From NCBI RefSeq assembly GCF_028641065.1, contig NC_073399.1:32736001-32800000 (forward strand): a stretch of DNA of 64,000 bases. The letters run 5' to 3'. A program made the translations under genes and the position numbers. This stretch comes from Leucoraja erinacea. Taxonomy: Eukaryota. This document shows positions 50,870-62,466 of this stretch, piece by piece (positions within the stretch are counted from its first letter, which is position 1; each line of letters opens with the position of its first letter). The notes beneath the pieces are model-generated. The model did no database searches. It was not told where the DNA came from and was given only the letters and a program-made list of their open reading frames with translations.

Positions 50870-52148
50870 ATGTCTTATGAAGAAAGACTGGATAGACTTG
50901 GTTTATACTCTCTAGAATTTAGGAGATTGAGAGGGGATCTTATAGAAACTTACAAAATTCTTAAGGGGTTGGACAGGCTAGATGCAGGAAGATTGTTCCC
51001 GATGTTGGGGAAGTCCAGGACAAGGGGTCACAGCTTAAGGATAAGGGGGAAATCCTTTAGAACCGAGATGAGGAGAACTTTTTTCACACAGAGAGTGGTG
51101 AATCTCTGGAACTCTCTGCCACAGAGGGTAGTTGAGGCCAGTTCATTGGCTATATTTAAGAGGGAGTTAGATGTGGCCCTTGTGGCTAAAGGGATCAGGG
51201 GGTATGGAGTGAAGGCAGGGATGGGATACTGAGTTGGATGATCAGCCATGATCATATTGAATGGCGGTGCAGGCTCGAATGGCCGAATGGCCTACTCCTG
51301 CACCTATTTTCTATGTTTCGACTTTAATACTAAAGCTCACCAGATTGATTCTAGGGAGCAGGCAAAATGTGTAGGAAGGAACTGCAGATGTTGATGATAT
51401 AAAGCAGCATCTGGAGAAAGGTCTGACCCAAAGTATCACATATTCCTTTTCTCCAGAGATGCTGCCTGACCCGCTGAGTTACTCCAGCACTTTGTGTCTA
51501 TCGTGGGAGAAGGGTTTTGTTGGCGAGGCTAAGTGGATTGATCCTCGAGAGAGAGTTTGCAAGAATGAGAGATGATCTCATGAAAAACTCCCAACCTTTT
51601 GATGTGGTGTGCAATGATAATTACAGAACACTAATCAGCTCATGTATCTGGTGCTGACATCACGTCTAGGTTCAGGAATCAGCTGTTCAGGACAATGGGG
51701 AGAAGGAACATTATCTCCCAGGGGGCCGTGAAGTTCATAAGTCATAGGAGCAGAATTAGGCCATTTGACCCATCAAGTCTATTCCGGCATTCAATCATGG
51801 CTGATCTATCTATCCCTCTCAACCCCATTCTACTGCCTACCCCCCAAAACCCTTGACACCCTTACTAATCAATATTCTGCACCTTAAAAATACCCAATTA
51901 CAGTCCCCACAGCACTCCATAGCAATGAATTCCACAAATTCACCACCAACTAGCTAAAGACATTCATCCTCATCTCCTTTGTAAAGGTATGTCCTTTTAT
52001 CTTGAGGCTATGCCCACTGGTCACATCCTCTCCACATGCAGAAACATCCTCTTCACATCCACTCAATCCAGGCACTTTGCTATTCAGTAGTTTTCAATGA
52101 GGGCCGAATGGCCTACTCCTGCACCTAATTTCTATGTTTCTATGTTTC
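50870..52148 (+). mobile_element. CR1 family A LINE with duplicated tail enclosing a 783-bp inverted copy of 43620-44402
   Basis: Tail 1 ends at 51319, insert 51320-52102, tail 2 at 52102-52148. Confidence 0.85.
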
Positions 52149-52650
52149 ATAGGGTGATTTCACGAAAGGTCACTGGAGCGTAGATCCGCACCCATGTGAC
52201 CGAAAATCTCAAGTGGAGGACATGCTAGACATCCGGTACATGTTAGTGGATGGGAAAAACGCACTTTCCCACCCGTTAAAAACATAGAAAACGGCCAGGT
52301 TTTGATCTGCAATTTACTGTGCCAGTCGGGGTGACCGTGAGGCACAGCTACCTAGATTTACAGTTAAAAAAAAAGATAGAAACTAAGGTAAATTAAAGAG
52401 GGAGCTGAAGGTGCCAATCCAGCGGAAGTGAACAGCGGACATTTGCCATGGAGATTTAAAGGTCCAAAATATCGGGAATTATCGCATTTGCTCGCTGCAT
52501 TTCATCAAAAGTAAGTCATTTTACTTTTGATGAAATGGGAAAGTGCGTGTTTTCCCATCCACTAACATGTACCGGATGTCCTCCACTTGAGATTTTCGGT
52601 CACGTGGGTGCGGATCTACGCTCCAGTGACCTTTCGTGAAATCACCCTAT
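52149..52650. mobile_element. MITE with ~115-bp inverted arms
   Basis: ATAGGGTGATTTCACGAAAGGTCACTGGAGCGTAGATCCGCAC.. mirrored at 52535-52650; additional 17-bp hairpin at 52498-52537. Confidence 0.85.
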
Positions 52651-52914
52651 ACCACTCGTGATCTTGTACACCTCATTAAGATTAGCATCCTCCTGCGCTC
52701 CAAGGAATAAAGTCCTAGCCTGCTCAACCTCTCCCTCAGGTCCTCGAGTCTTGGGAAAATCCCCATAAATGTTCCCTGCACCCTTTCCAGCTTGATAACA
52801 TCTTTCCTATAACATGGTGACTAAAACTGAACACAATATTCTAAATGTAATCTCACCACTGTCTTGTACAACTGTAACATGACCTCCCAACTTCTATACT
52901 CAATACTCTGACAG

Positions 52915-53990
52915 GTAGATACAAAATGCTGGAGTAACTCAGCGGGACAGGCAGCATCTCTGGAGAGAAGGAATGGGTGACTTTTCAGTTCGAGACCCTT
53001 CTTCAGACTGATGTCAAGGGAGTGGGCAGGACAGAGATAGAATGTAGTTGGAGACAGTTAGACTGGTGGGAGAACTGGGAAGAGGGATTGGATGGAGAGA
53101 GAGGGACATGAGCAAGGGCTATTTGAAGTTAGAGAAGTCAATGTTCATACCGCTGGGTGCAAGCTACCCAAGCAAAATATGAGCTGCTGTTCCTCCAATT
53201 TGCACTGGGCCTCACTCTGACAATGGAGGAGGACCAGGACAGAGAGGTCAGATTGGGAATGGGAAAACGTTCCCAATGTTGGGCGAGTCCAGAACCAGGG
53301 GCCACAGTCTTAGATTGTAGGGGAGGTCATTTAAGACTGAGGTGAGAAAAAACTTTTTCACCCAGAAAGTTGTGGATTTATGGAATTTCACTGCCACAGA
53401 GGGCAGTGGAGGCCAAGTCACTGGATGGATTTAAGAGAGAGTTAGACAGAGCTCTAGGGGCTAGTGGAGTCAAAGGATATGGGGAGAAGGCAGGCACGGG
53501 TTATTGATAGGGGACGATCAACCATGATCACAATGAATGGCGGTGCTGGCTCGAAGGGCCGAATGGCCACCTCCTGCACCTATTTTCTATGTTTCTATGT
53601 TTCTATGGGAGGGGGAGTTAAAGGAGTGAGCAACCGGGAGATCATGTAGGTAAAGGTTTACTGAGCAGAGGTGTTCAGCGAAACGATCGCCGAGCCTGCG
53701 CTTGGTCTCACCGATGTAGAGATGTTGACACCTGGAGCAGCGGATACAGCAGATGAGGTTGGAGGAGGTGCAGGTGAATCTCTGCCTCACCTGGAAATAC
53801 TGTCGGGGTCCTTGGATAGAGTCAAGCAGGGGAGGTAAAGGGACAGGTATTGCATCTCCTGCGGTTGTGGGGAGGGGGGGGTTTGGGTGGAAAACGAGTT
53901 GACCAGAGAGTTGCGGAGGGAACAGTCTCTGTGGAAAGCAGAAGGTGGGATGTGGGAAGATGTGGCTAGTATTGGGATCCCGTTGGATCC
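52915..53990 (-). mobile_element. Penelope 3' portion with nested CR1 fragment (53270-53607)
   Basis: SSNLICCIRCSRCQHLYIGETKRRLGDRFAEH; terminal repeat at 52915-53012. Confidence 0.85.
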
Positions 53991-55654
53991 TCGGGCAGCT
54001 TGTTCCATACCCTCACCACCCTTTGTGTGAAAATGTTACCCCTCAGATTCCTATTAAATCTTTTCCCTTTCATCTTAAACCCATGTCCCCTTGTCCTCGA
54101 TTCACCTACTCTGGGCAAGAGACTGTGTGCACCTTGATTCAGATAAAGTGCAAGATGCCTGCATCACAATCTCTCACGATACCTGGTCCACAGCAGAATC
54201 AAACCGCTGCATGTGGCAATAGATTACACAGTGGCGTACGTGTGGGGAGTAATAGAAATGGAACTGGTCAACAGACTGGAGATGAGATATCATTTATGGC
54301 CTTAGGTAAACACTGGCAAGGTAATACCATCCTTTATATCAGGCAGGGCTTGTCACTATTCATTACAAGAGAGGGTTGGTAGCACTACTGCTGACTAAAT
54401 CCCAAAGGATGAAACTATCAGAATGTTTCTGTGGATGTTTGCTTGCACCAGGTATATCTGTCTCTGCTGGAGTTGACTGCTGGGCAGTTCATGTGGAGAC
54501 ACATTCCCGTTTCATGCCGAGGACCTGAGGAGCGACACAGTGGCACAGCGGTAAAGCTACTGCCTCACAGCACCAGAGGCCCGGGTTCGATCTTCACTAT
54601 GGGCGCTGTCTGTACGGAGTTTGTACGTTCCCCATGACCACATGGCTTTTCTCCAGGTGCTCCTCCAGGGTTTCCCATCACATTCCAAAGCCGAGCAGGT
54701 TGTCGGCCAGGAGTGTTTTATCGTCATTTATCCCAGACAGAACAAATAAATTCTTACTTGCAGCAGCACACCAGAATGTGTAAACATAATACTCTGTAAG
54801 TTTAGGGGTAGCATGAGAGGGAACATATTTACTCAGAGAGTGGTAGCTGTGTGGAATGAGCTTCCAGTGGAAGTGGTGGAGGCAGGTTCGATTTTATCAT
54901 TTAAAAATAAATTGGATAGGTATATAGACGGGAAAGGAATGGAGGGTTATGGTCAGAGCGCAGGTGTATGGGACTAGGGGAGATTATGTGTTCGGCATGG
55001 AGTTGTAGGGCCGAGATGGCCTGTTTCCGTGCTGTAATTGGTTATATGGTTAATATAATAAACGAGAAAAAAGTTCAGTGTACATATACGAACTCGGTTG
55101 GCCAAAGGGCCTGTTTCCACGCTGTATCTCTAAAGCCTCCTATGTCATATACTCCAGACTATTTCTTTGACCTGTACCAATAGTCATGCAGTTCTGCGAT
55201 TGATCCTGCTCAATGGTGGCTCAGTGGTAGAGTTGCTGCCTGGCAGTGCCGGAGACCCGGGTTCGATCCCAACTACGGGTGCTGTCTTTATGGAGCATGT
55301 GCATTCTCTCCATGACTGTGTGGGTTCTTTGGTTTCCTCCCATACTCCAAAGACGGACAGCTATGTATGTAAATTGGCTTGGTATAACTGTAAATTGTCC
55401 CTAATGGGTGTAGGATAGTGTTAATATGGTCGGTGCAGACTCGGTGGGCCAAAGGGCCTGTTTACACTTTACGCTTTATCTCTGAAACTAAAACTAAAAC
55501 TAAACTGTTGAACTTCTGTGGGAGCAAAGAGAAGCTCCCAGCAAAGTCACATTGTAAGTTGGGTCATAAAACCCATCGTAAGCCTTGACATTTAAACTGA
55601 AAGGAATATGTATCTTGATTTAAACAGTCATACAGCATTGGAAACAAACACTAT

Positions 55655-55800
55655 TCAATTCAATTCAATTTATTTGTCATTTGGACCCCTTGAGGTCCAA
55701 ACGAAATGACGTTTCTGCAGCCATACATTACAAACAAATAGACCCAAGACACAACATAACTTACATAAACATCCATCACATTGCTGTGATGGAAGGCCAA
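55655..55800 (-). mobile_element. 3' end of GC-rich hairpin-core retroposon (same tail as 17315-18182)
   Basis: Reverse complement matches 18028-18165, including the TTTGGACCTCAAGGGGTCCAAA hairpin. Confidence 0.85.
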
Positions 55801-57604
55801 AAAAAATATCTCTCCCCTATCACTAAACGAGTATTTAAAATACGAGGAAATTAAAACATATTTTAGTGCTCAGTAGCCACTACTCATTAAACTGGGACAG
55901 AAATAGTCCAAGTGAAACAAAAGATGAATAACAAAAGATGACGTTTTACAAGGGAAAAGTACAGGTTTGATTGGTATCTCCTGTTAGTGTCATTTCCAGA
56001 AATGGCAAATCAACAGGTATCATAAACTATGTGTTTACAGAACCTTTCTCGTCAATGTCGATGGAATAAGAGACGTAACCACTCCTGTGTTGCAACTGCC
56101 GGCACAGTATATCTGTTTTTAGAACAAAGTTCCTTCCTATGATTGACATCAGGATAATTAGTATTATATAATAAGGCAAAACAGGTTAGCATCTTTATGG
56201 TGCAATGTTTATAGTAGACACCATTGTACACCATTGCACAAGTTAAGGTGATACTGTTAAACAAGTTCAGGCACTAATATTTTCCAAGTTTCATTGCATT
56301 TCCCCACAGGAGTTGACCTTTTTTACATTCCTGGAATCAATTCATGTCATGATGGTTGCAAAGTTATTACTATGATGCATTGAAGTGGGCATCAAGATAT
56401 ACTCACTGGCATGGATTTATATCAGCAATAAATGTTCACAATAGAGAAACATAATTCTCCTTGAAACCGAGTGGGTTTGTCCAGGTGCTCCAGTTTCTTC
56501 CCACACTGCAAAGACGTGCAGGTCTGTAGGTTAATTGGCTTCTGTAAATTGTCCTTAGTGAACAGTGTAACACTAGAATACAGGTGATGGTCAGCACGGA
56601 ATCAGTGGGCCGAAGGGCCTGTTTCCATGCAGTGTCTCTCAACTAAAAGTGTAACTGTGTCACTGATCATAGAAACATAGAAACATAGAAATTAGGTGCA
56701 GGAGTAGGCCATTCGGCCCTTCGAGGCTGCACCGCCATTCAATATGGTCATGGCTGATCATCCAACTCAGTATCCCTTACCTGCCTTCTCTCCATACCCT
56801 CTGATCCCCTTAGCCAGAAGGGCCACATCTAACTCCCTCTTAAATATAGCCAATGAACTGGCCTCAACTACCCTCTGTGGCAGAGAGTTCCAAAATGGTT
56901 AACTCATTTTTTTAATTTTTAATTGTGGAACATCAAAATTTAAAACAAAGAAAATTAACTCATTTAACTTCATCAATAGTTAGTTAACAGTGGTTAATGC
57001 AAAAGACTAGGTTTCAGGCAGAAAGAGTAAAATTAGGAATAGTAGTTTGAGAACCACTTTGTTCTGGTGAGCTTTGAGACTGAACAAGCTTTGGGTCATA
57101 TTTACCAGATCACATACAAACTGCATAATTTCTGTCACTTCCATAGTCTCGTCATGTACTGGACTACTTCAACTTATATTATTCCACAACTTTATTATCT
57201 TTAAACTGCGCTCCTTCTTGGTTGACTTCACCCTAAAGACCAATATGGTTTTATCATAAATCCCACCTATCTTCATTCTTATCTTAATATCATCTGACTC
57301 ACTCATTTTTGGCAATACCAAAAACCTCTACAGAGATTGGACCCACCCATTTCCATGACGATTTCTGTTCAATGACCTCGCCCTCTCTCTCCATCCCTCC
57401 CCTAACTAAGTCGCACCAGGTTCCCGTTCACACCTAGCAAAGCTAACAATGGCCTGTTCCATTATCATTGCTACATTTTGTATATCGTTCATTCATAATA
57501 ATAATACATTTTATTTAATGCCGCCTTTCAAGACACTCAAGGTCACCTAACATCATATAATATCAGCAATAAACATATAATAAGTGAAAAGTATTCATGC
57601 ATAT

Positions 57605-58805
57605 TCATGTATATGCTAATGAGTTGGTGTTGTATATAAGTAGGGAATGTTGGGTAATAAATCTCTCTTGTGATCCAGGCAGCCTGCGTGTAAGTTGTTA
57701 TTTATTCTGCTGTCCGGAATATAACAAAATTGGCAACGAGGATGGGATAGAGTTTGTGAACTCATCCTTTAAATACAATGCAGGACTGTTTTGCAACACG
57801 CAGTATTGTTTAGCAGTTTAAACAGTAAATACGGAGTTGTGTCGCAGTTGTTTGCGAGCTGGACATGAGAGACCTGCAGATCCGTCTATGCAGGGGACTG
57901 TAGTTTAAATCAGCAGCTGGATAAATCGGCGAGAGTTTGTCAGGCTATCTCTATGTTGTGTCTACGTGGCAAGATGTCGTCCTTGGGAGTGTATAACATT
58001 TTAGAATGAGTTTTTTTGTCGAATTCCTCATGCTGAATAGTCTTTGTACAGCTAAGTTTTAGATGAATTGCTACACCAGAACAGACTGGAATTCGGGGTT
58101 TTTGAACAGACTTTTTATTTAAATAAAAGAGAATGACACGATGGCAGCGAACACGGGCTACATTGGAAACATTGGCACTTTTGACCAGAGTAGATAACCG
58201 TTCAGCTTCTATATGGAGAGAGCAAACATGTTTGCTCATGAGAAGAACTTTTTTCACACAGAGAGTGGTGAATCTCTGGAACTCTCTGCCACAGAGGGTA
58301 GTTGAGGCCAGTTCATTGGCTATATTTAAGAGGGAGTTAGATGTGGCCCTTGTGGCTAAGGGGATCAGGGGGTATGGAGAGAAGGCAGGTATGGGATGCT
58401 GAGTTGGATGATCAGCCATGATCATATTGAATGGCGGTGCAGGCTCGAAGGGCCGAATGGCCTACTCCTGCACCTAATTTCTATGTTTCTATGTTTCTAT
58501 GTTTTACACTGCAAACAATATATTGGAAATTAGTGGTGAAGGAGAGATAGCGACTGAAACAAATATGTCCGTTTGCAAACGCATGAAAGCGATTCTGCTC
58601 ACGGAGATCGGTCCTGAAGTGTACAGCGTACTTGTGAATCTCCTTGCACCCTTAAAGGCAAAAGATGTGCCATTCAATGACATTATAAAGGAGCACTTCA
58701 ACCCAAAGCCTCTGGAAATTGCAGAAAGCTATAAATTTGGCACTAGAAACCAGAAGCAGAATGAGACAATCAATGAGTACATTGTTGCCTTGAAAAACTT
58801 ATCGG
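57605..58805 (+). mobile_element. Gypsy LTR retrotransposon 5' part (LTR end, PBS, gag), interrupted by CR1 at ~58238-58504
   Basis: LTR end ..ATAACA followed by PBS-like TGGCAACGAGG (57731); gag MAANTGYIGNIGTFD..YMER..F, AILLTEIG, EHFNPKP..AESYKF..RNQ..ETINEYIVALKNLS. Confidence 0.8.
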
Positions 58806-59581
58806 CAGTTCATCGGCTCTCTCCGCGAGCCGCTGCGGGTCGCTGATATCGGCTCCCGCTAGCAATAGCTGCACTTCGTCGGGCATCTGCTCTAAGAACG
58901 GCTGTTCGAAAAGCAGGCAGGGGCGGTGTCCATCCATCAGGGCCAACATCTTTGCTATGATCGTCGATGGCCTTCGGTCTCCGATACAGTCCATATGTAG
59001 CAACCTTACCGCCCTGTCTGTACGGGTAAGACCGTAAGCATGAAATAACAGGGCCTTCAACCCTTCGTACTTGCCGCTGGATGGATGGTCTCTTATAAAG
59101 GGCAACAGCCTCGATGCACAGTCCTGTGGTAATGCTCCTACCACATGAAAATGCATGGTGTCATCATCGTCGATGCGATGTTGATGAAACTGTGCCTCAA
59201 CATGGGCGAACCACACCTGAGGTTGATCAGGCCAAAAGGCTGGCAGTTTGAAGGCTGGTGAGCCCTGCCTCGTGCTGGCTGATTCTGCGGAAACATTCTC
59301 TTCCTGCATAATTCTTCTTGTCTAACACTGGCGATCACGTCGGGGTCACCAATTTAGTGGTCTGAGAAACGACTACTGGAGTTTTAAACAGATCTTTATT
59401 TGAAAGTTCAATAACCACCATACAGGCTTTTCAGACACGTCTGCCCACAACAGTGGTCAGCGCTGAACTAACTCATGCAAGGGAAAAACCACGCAAAACC
59501 AGCAGCCCCTCCCGAGTCACGTGACCGTGGCTTCCGAACGCCGGGTTCAATATCTGCGTGCGCTAGCAGACGGCGCTACAT
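58803..59581 (-). mobile_element. Second gypsy-type element 5' part (LTR, PBS, gag), opposite orientation
   Basis: LTR starts TGTAGCG at 59581 and contains AATAAA; PBS TGGTGACCCCGACGTGAT (59352-59335); gag KLPAFWPDQPQVWFAHVEAQF. Confidence 0.85.
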
Positions 59582-59850
59582 TGTCATCAATAAAAGCTTA
59601 ATTCATATATTAGGGTTAAGAGATACAGGCCAAACCCAGGCAAATGGGACTAGTTTAGATGGGGCATCTTGGATGGTATTGATTAATTAGGCTGATGGGC
59701 CTACATGATCCTGGAGAAAATATAGATTGGCATAGGTTTTAATGCAGAATAACAAACTTCACCTAGCAGTGTCAGTTATTTGAATTAGAGAAAAAGTGAA
59801 TTTCACACAGAGATTCACCACTCTCTGTGTGAAAAAAATTATTCTCATCC

Positions 59851-60126
59851 TTTAAAACCGAGATGAGAAAAACTTTTTTTCACACAGAGAGTGGTGAATC
59901 TCTGGAACTCTCTGCCACAGAGGGTAGTCGAGGCCAGTTCATTGGCTATATTTAAGAGGGAGTTAGATGTGGCCCTTGTGGCTAAGGGGATCAGGGGGTA
60001 TGGAGAGAAGGCAGGTACGGGATACTGAGTTGGATGATCAGCCATGATCATATTGAATGGCGGTGCAGGCTCGAAGGGCCGAATGGCCTACTCCTGCACC
60101 TAATTTCTATGTTTCTATGTTTCTAT
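59851..60126 (+). mobile_element. CR1 family A 3' end with fold-back 5' junction
   Basis: 59807-59849 is the inverted copy of 59861-59903. Confidence 0.85.
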
Positions 60127-60744
60127 GAACAGTTTATCCTGAAATACAAACTGCTCCATTAATTTTAATTCTGACATCTAATGATAAGCTGCAACGTTTT
60201 AAACTTACTACACAAAATGTATCAGTGGGCCCCAAAATGGAAAAGACTCCAATGCAGGCTCACCAAGAAGTACTGAAGGAAGCCCAAAATCTAGACGCTA
60301 ATGGAACCAAAAGATATAGACCTGGAACCAACAGTATGCAGAACTGATCAGTCGGCACCCAATTGGTGGTGATCTCAGGTAATTATACCGTGATAAATTA
60401 GGGGAGCAGATTAACTGCAGGTGTAACTCCTAATAGTTCAGTGGAGGAGTGTGGAAAGAGTCTCAAGTGTCTGAATTGTCTGAAAAGTGTGACAAAATGA
60501 CTTTGTGAAGATCTTCCAGTTGAATGCTATAAAGCTCAGTGTGGATGGGACATGTTCGTCAACATGAGCAAGTAGGGCCGAAGGGCCTGTTTCCACACAG
60601 TATGACTGTACGATTGTATGACTGTATGACTTTATATCTGACTCCTTGTTGCTGAATCTCTTGCCATAATCTTACTGCTCTGATGAGATGTTGATCAAGA
60701 AATTGGTCCATCATACCACAAGTGAGATAAATAGATCTACATAT

Positions 60745-61022
60745 AGACCCCGACCTCGGGTGGACTATGAGGGGGAGAACTGGATATTTTTAGTGCCTTC
60801 CCTCACAGTGAATTCTGCTGTGGGGGGACGTTTCATGTTGATTTCTATAGTGTACTGTTCTGTGTCTTTTTTTCTTTTTTCTCTTTTTTGTTTTGTATGG
60901 ATATATTGACATTTGGTCTGTTCTATTAATTTAATCAAACTCTGTAAAGCACTTTGGTTCAAATACTGGTTTTGTTGAAAAGTGCTATATAAATAAAGAT
61001 TATTATTATTATTATTATTATA
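60745..61022 (+). mobile_element. 3' end of hairpin-core retroposon with L2-type tail
   Basis: Core GCCTTCCCTCACAG..CTGTGGGGGGA; tail TGTAAAGCACTTTG..GTGCTATATAAATAAAG(ATT)n. Confidence 0.65.
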
Positions 61023-62412
61023 GCTTCTTCTTCTTGCGTTTGAGGCAGCAGAGGTCCGCGGCAGGGTGATGCCATCCGGTTCGACACCCGTAGGAGCCCA
61101 CAATAAAAAGGGCGCATGCTCCGGGTTGGCGCCAAGCTGCAGTGCTGCTACTCTCTCTGTTTGTTGTCGTTCCCCTGCCTGAGATCAGTTGACAGTGGTG
61201 AATCTCTGGAACTCTCTGCCACAGAATGTAGTTGAGGCCACAGTTCATTGGCTATATTTAAGAGGGAGTTAGATGTGGCCCTAGTGGCTAAAGGGATCAG
61301 GGGGTATGGAGAGAAAGCAGGTACAGGATACTGAGTTGGATGATCAGCCAAGATCATATTGAATGGCGGTGCAGGCTCGATGGGCTGAATGGCCTACTCC
61401 TGCACCTATTTTCTATGTTTCTATGTCTATGTTTCTATGACAGGGCTCACCACGGGGAGGTCGACAACATGAGCCACGTTCAATAGCTGAATTGGATGCA
61501 GCTGTCTATTAGTCATCTATTCTCAGCGAAACCCTTGGCTGATTCTTCTTTCAAAAGAGCTTTTGGCTTGAAATATTTTAATTTCATGCGATTTGAGTTC
61601 AGTTGGCCTGACAACTGCACCACTTTGTGGTCACTGTCAGAGGAAGTAGTCTGCTAGTCACTTTTATTGATGCAAAATTACAGAAAATATATTGAAACCA
61701 TGAAATATGTTGAACATTTGACAACGATGTTGCCAGGAGTATAGACGTTGGGAGATCATGTTGCAGTTTAAGACGTTGGTGAGGTCGCATTTAGAGTATT
61801 GTGTTCAGTTCTAGGCACCATGTTATGGGGCAGATGGAAAGGGTACAAAGAAGATTTACAAGGATGTTGCTGGGACTAGAGGGTCTGAGGTAAAGGGAGA
61901 GGTTGAGCAGGCTAGTACTTTGAGCGTAGGAGCATGAGGGGTGATTTCATGAAGGGAAATGATGGGATAAACGCACAACCTTTTGCCCAGAGTAAAGGGA
62001 TTGAGAACCAGAGGACATAGGTTTAAGTTGAGGGGGAAAGGATTTTATAGGAACCTGAGGGGTGACTTTTTTACACAAAGGATGGTGGATGAATGGAATG
62101 AGCTTGCGGAGGTGGTAGTTGAGGCAGGTACTATTGCAACGTTTAAGAAGCAGTTAGATAGGAGCATTGATAGAACACGTTTTGAGGGATATGGGGCAAA
62201 CACAGGCAGGTGGAACTTGTGTAGATGGGGCATGTTGGTTGGTGTGGGCAAGTTGGGGCCAAGGGCCTGTTTTCTCACTGTATGACTTCATGACCAGGGG
62301 AATCATGTAAAATGATTAATTAGGAAGTTACATTGTATAATTGGCATTATCTAGACCCAGTTGGCATTCAAAATTATGGGAAAGTATGAGAGTGTGTACA
62401 GTGAAATATTAT

Positions 62413-62414
<2 letters not shown>

Positions 62415-62466
<52 letters not shown>

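Noticed and set aside
60130-60410. Possible 3' pol remnant or PPT of the plus-strand gypsy element
   Set aside because: No recognisable integrase motif or second LTR; not supportable.
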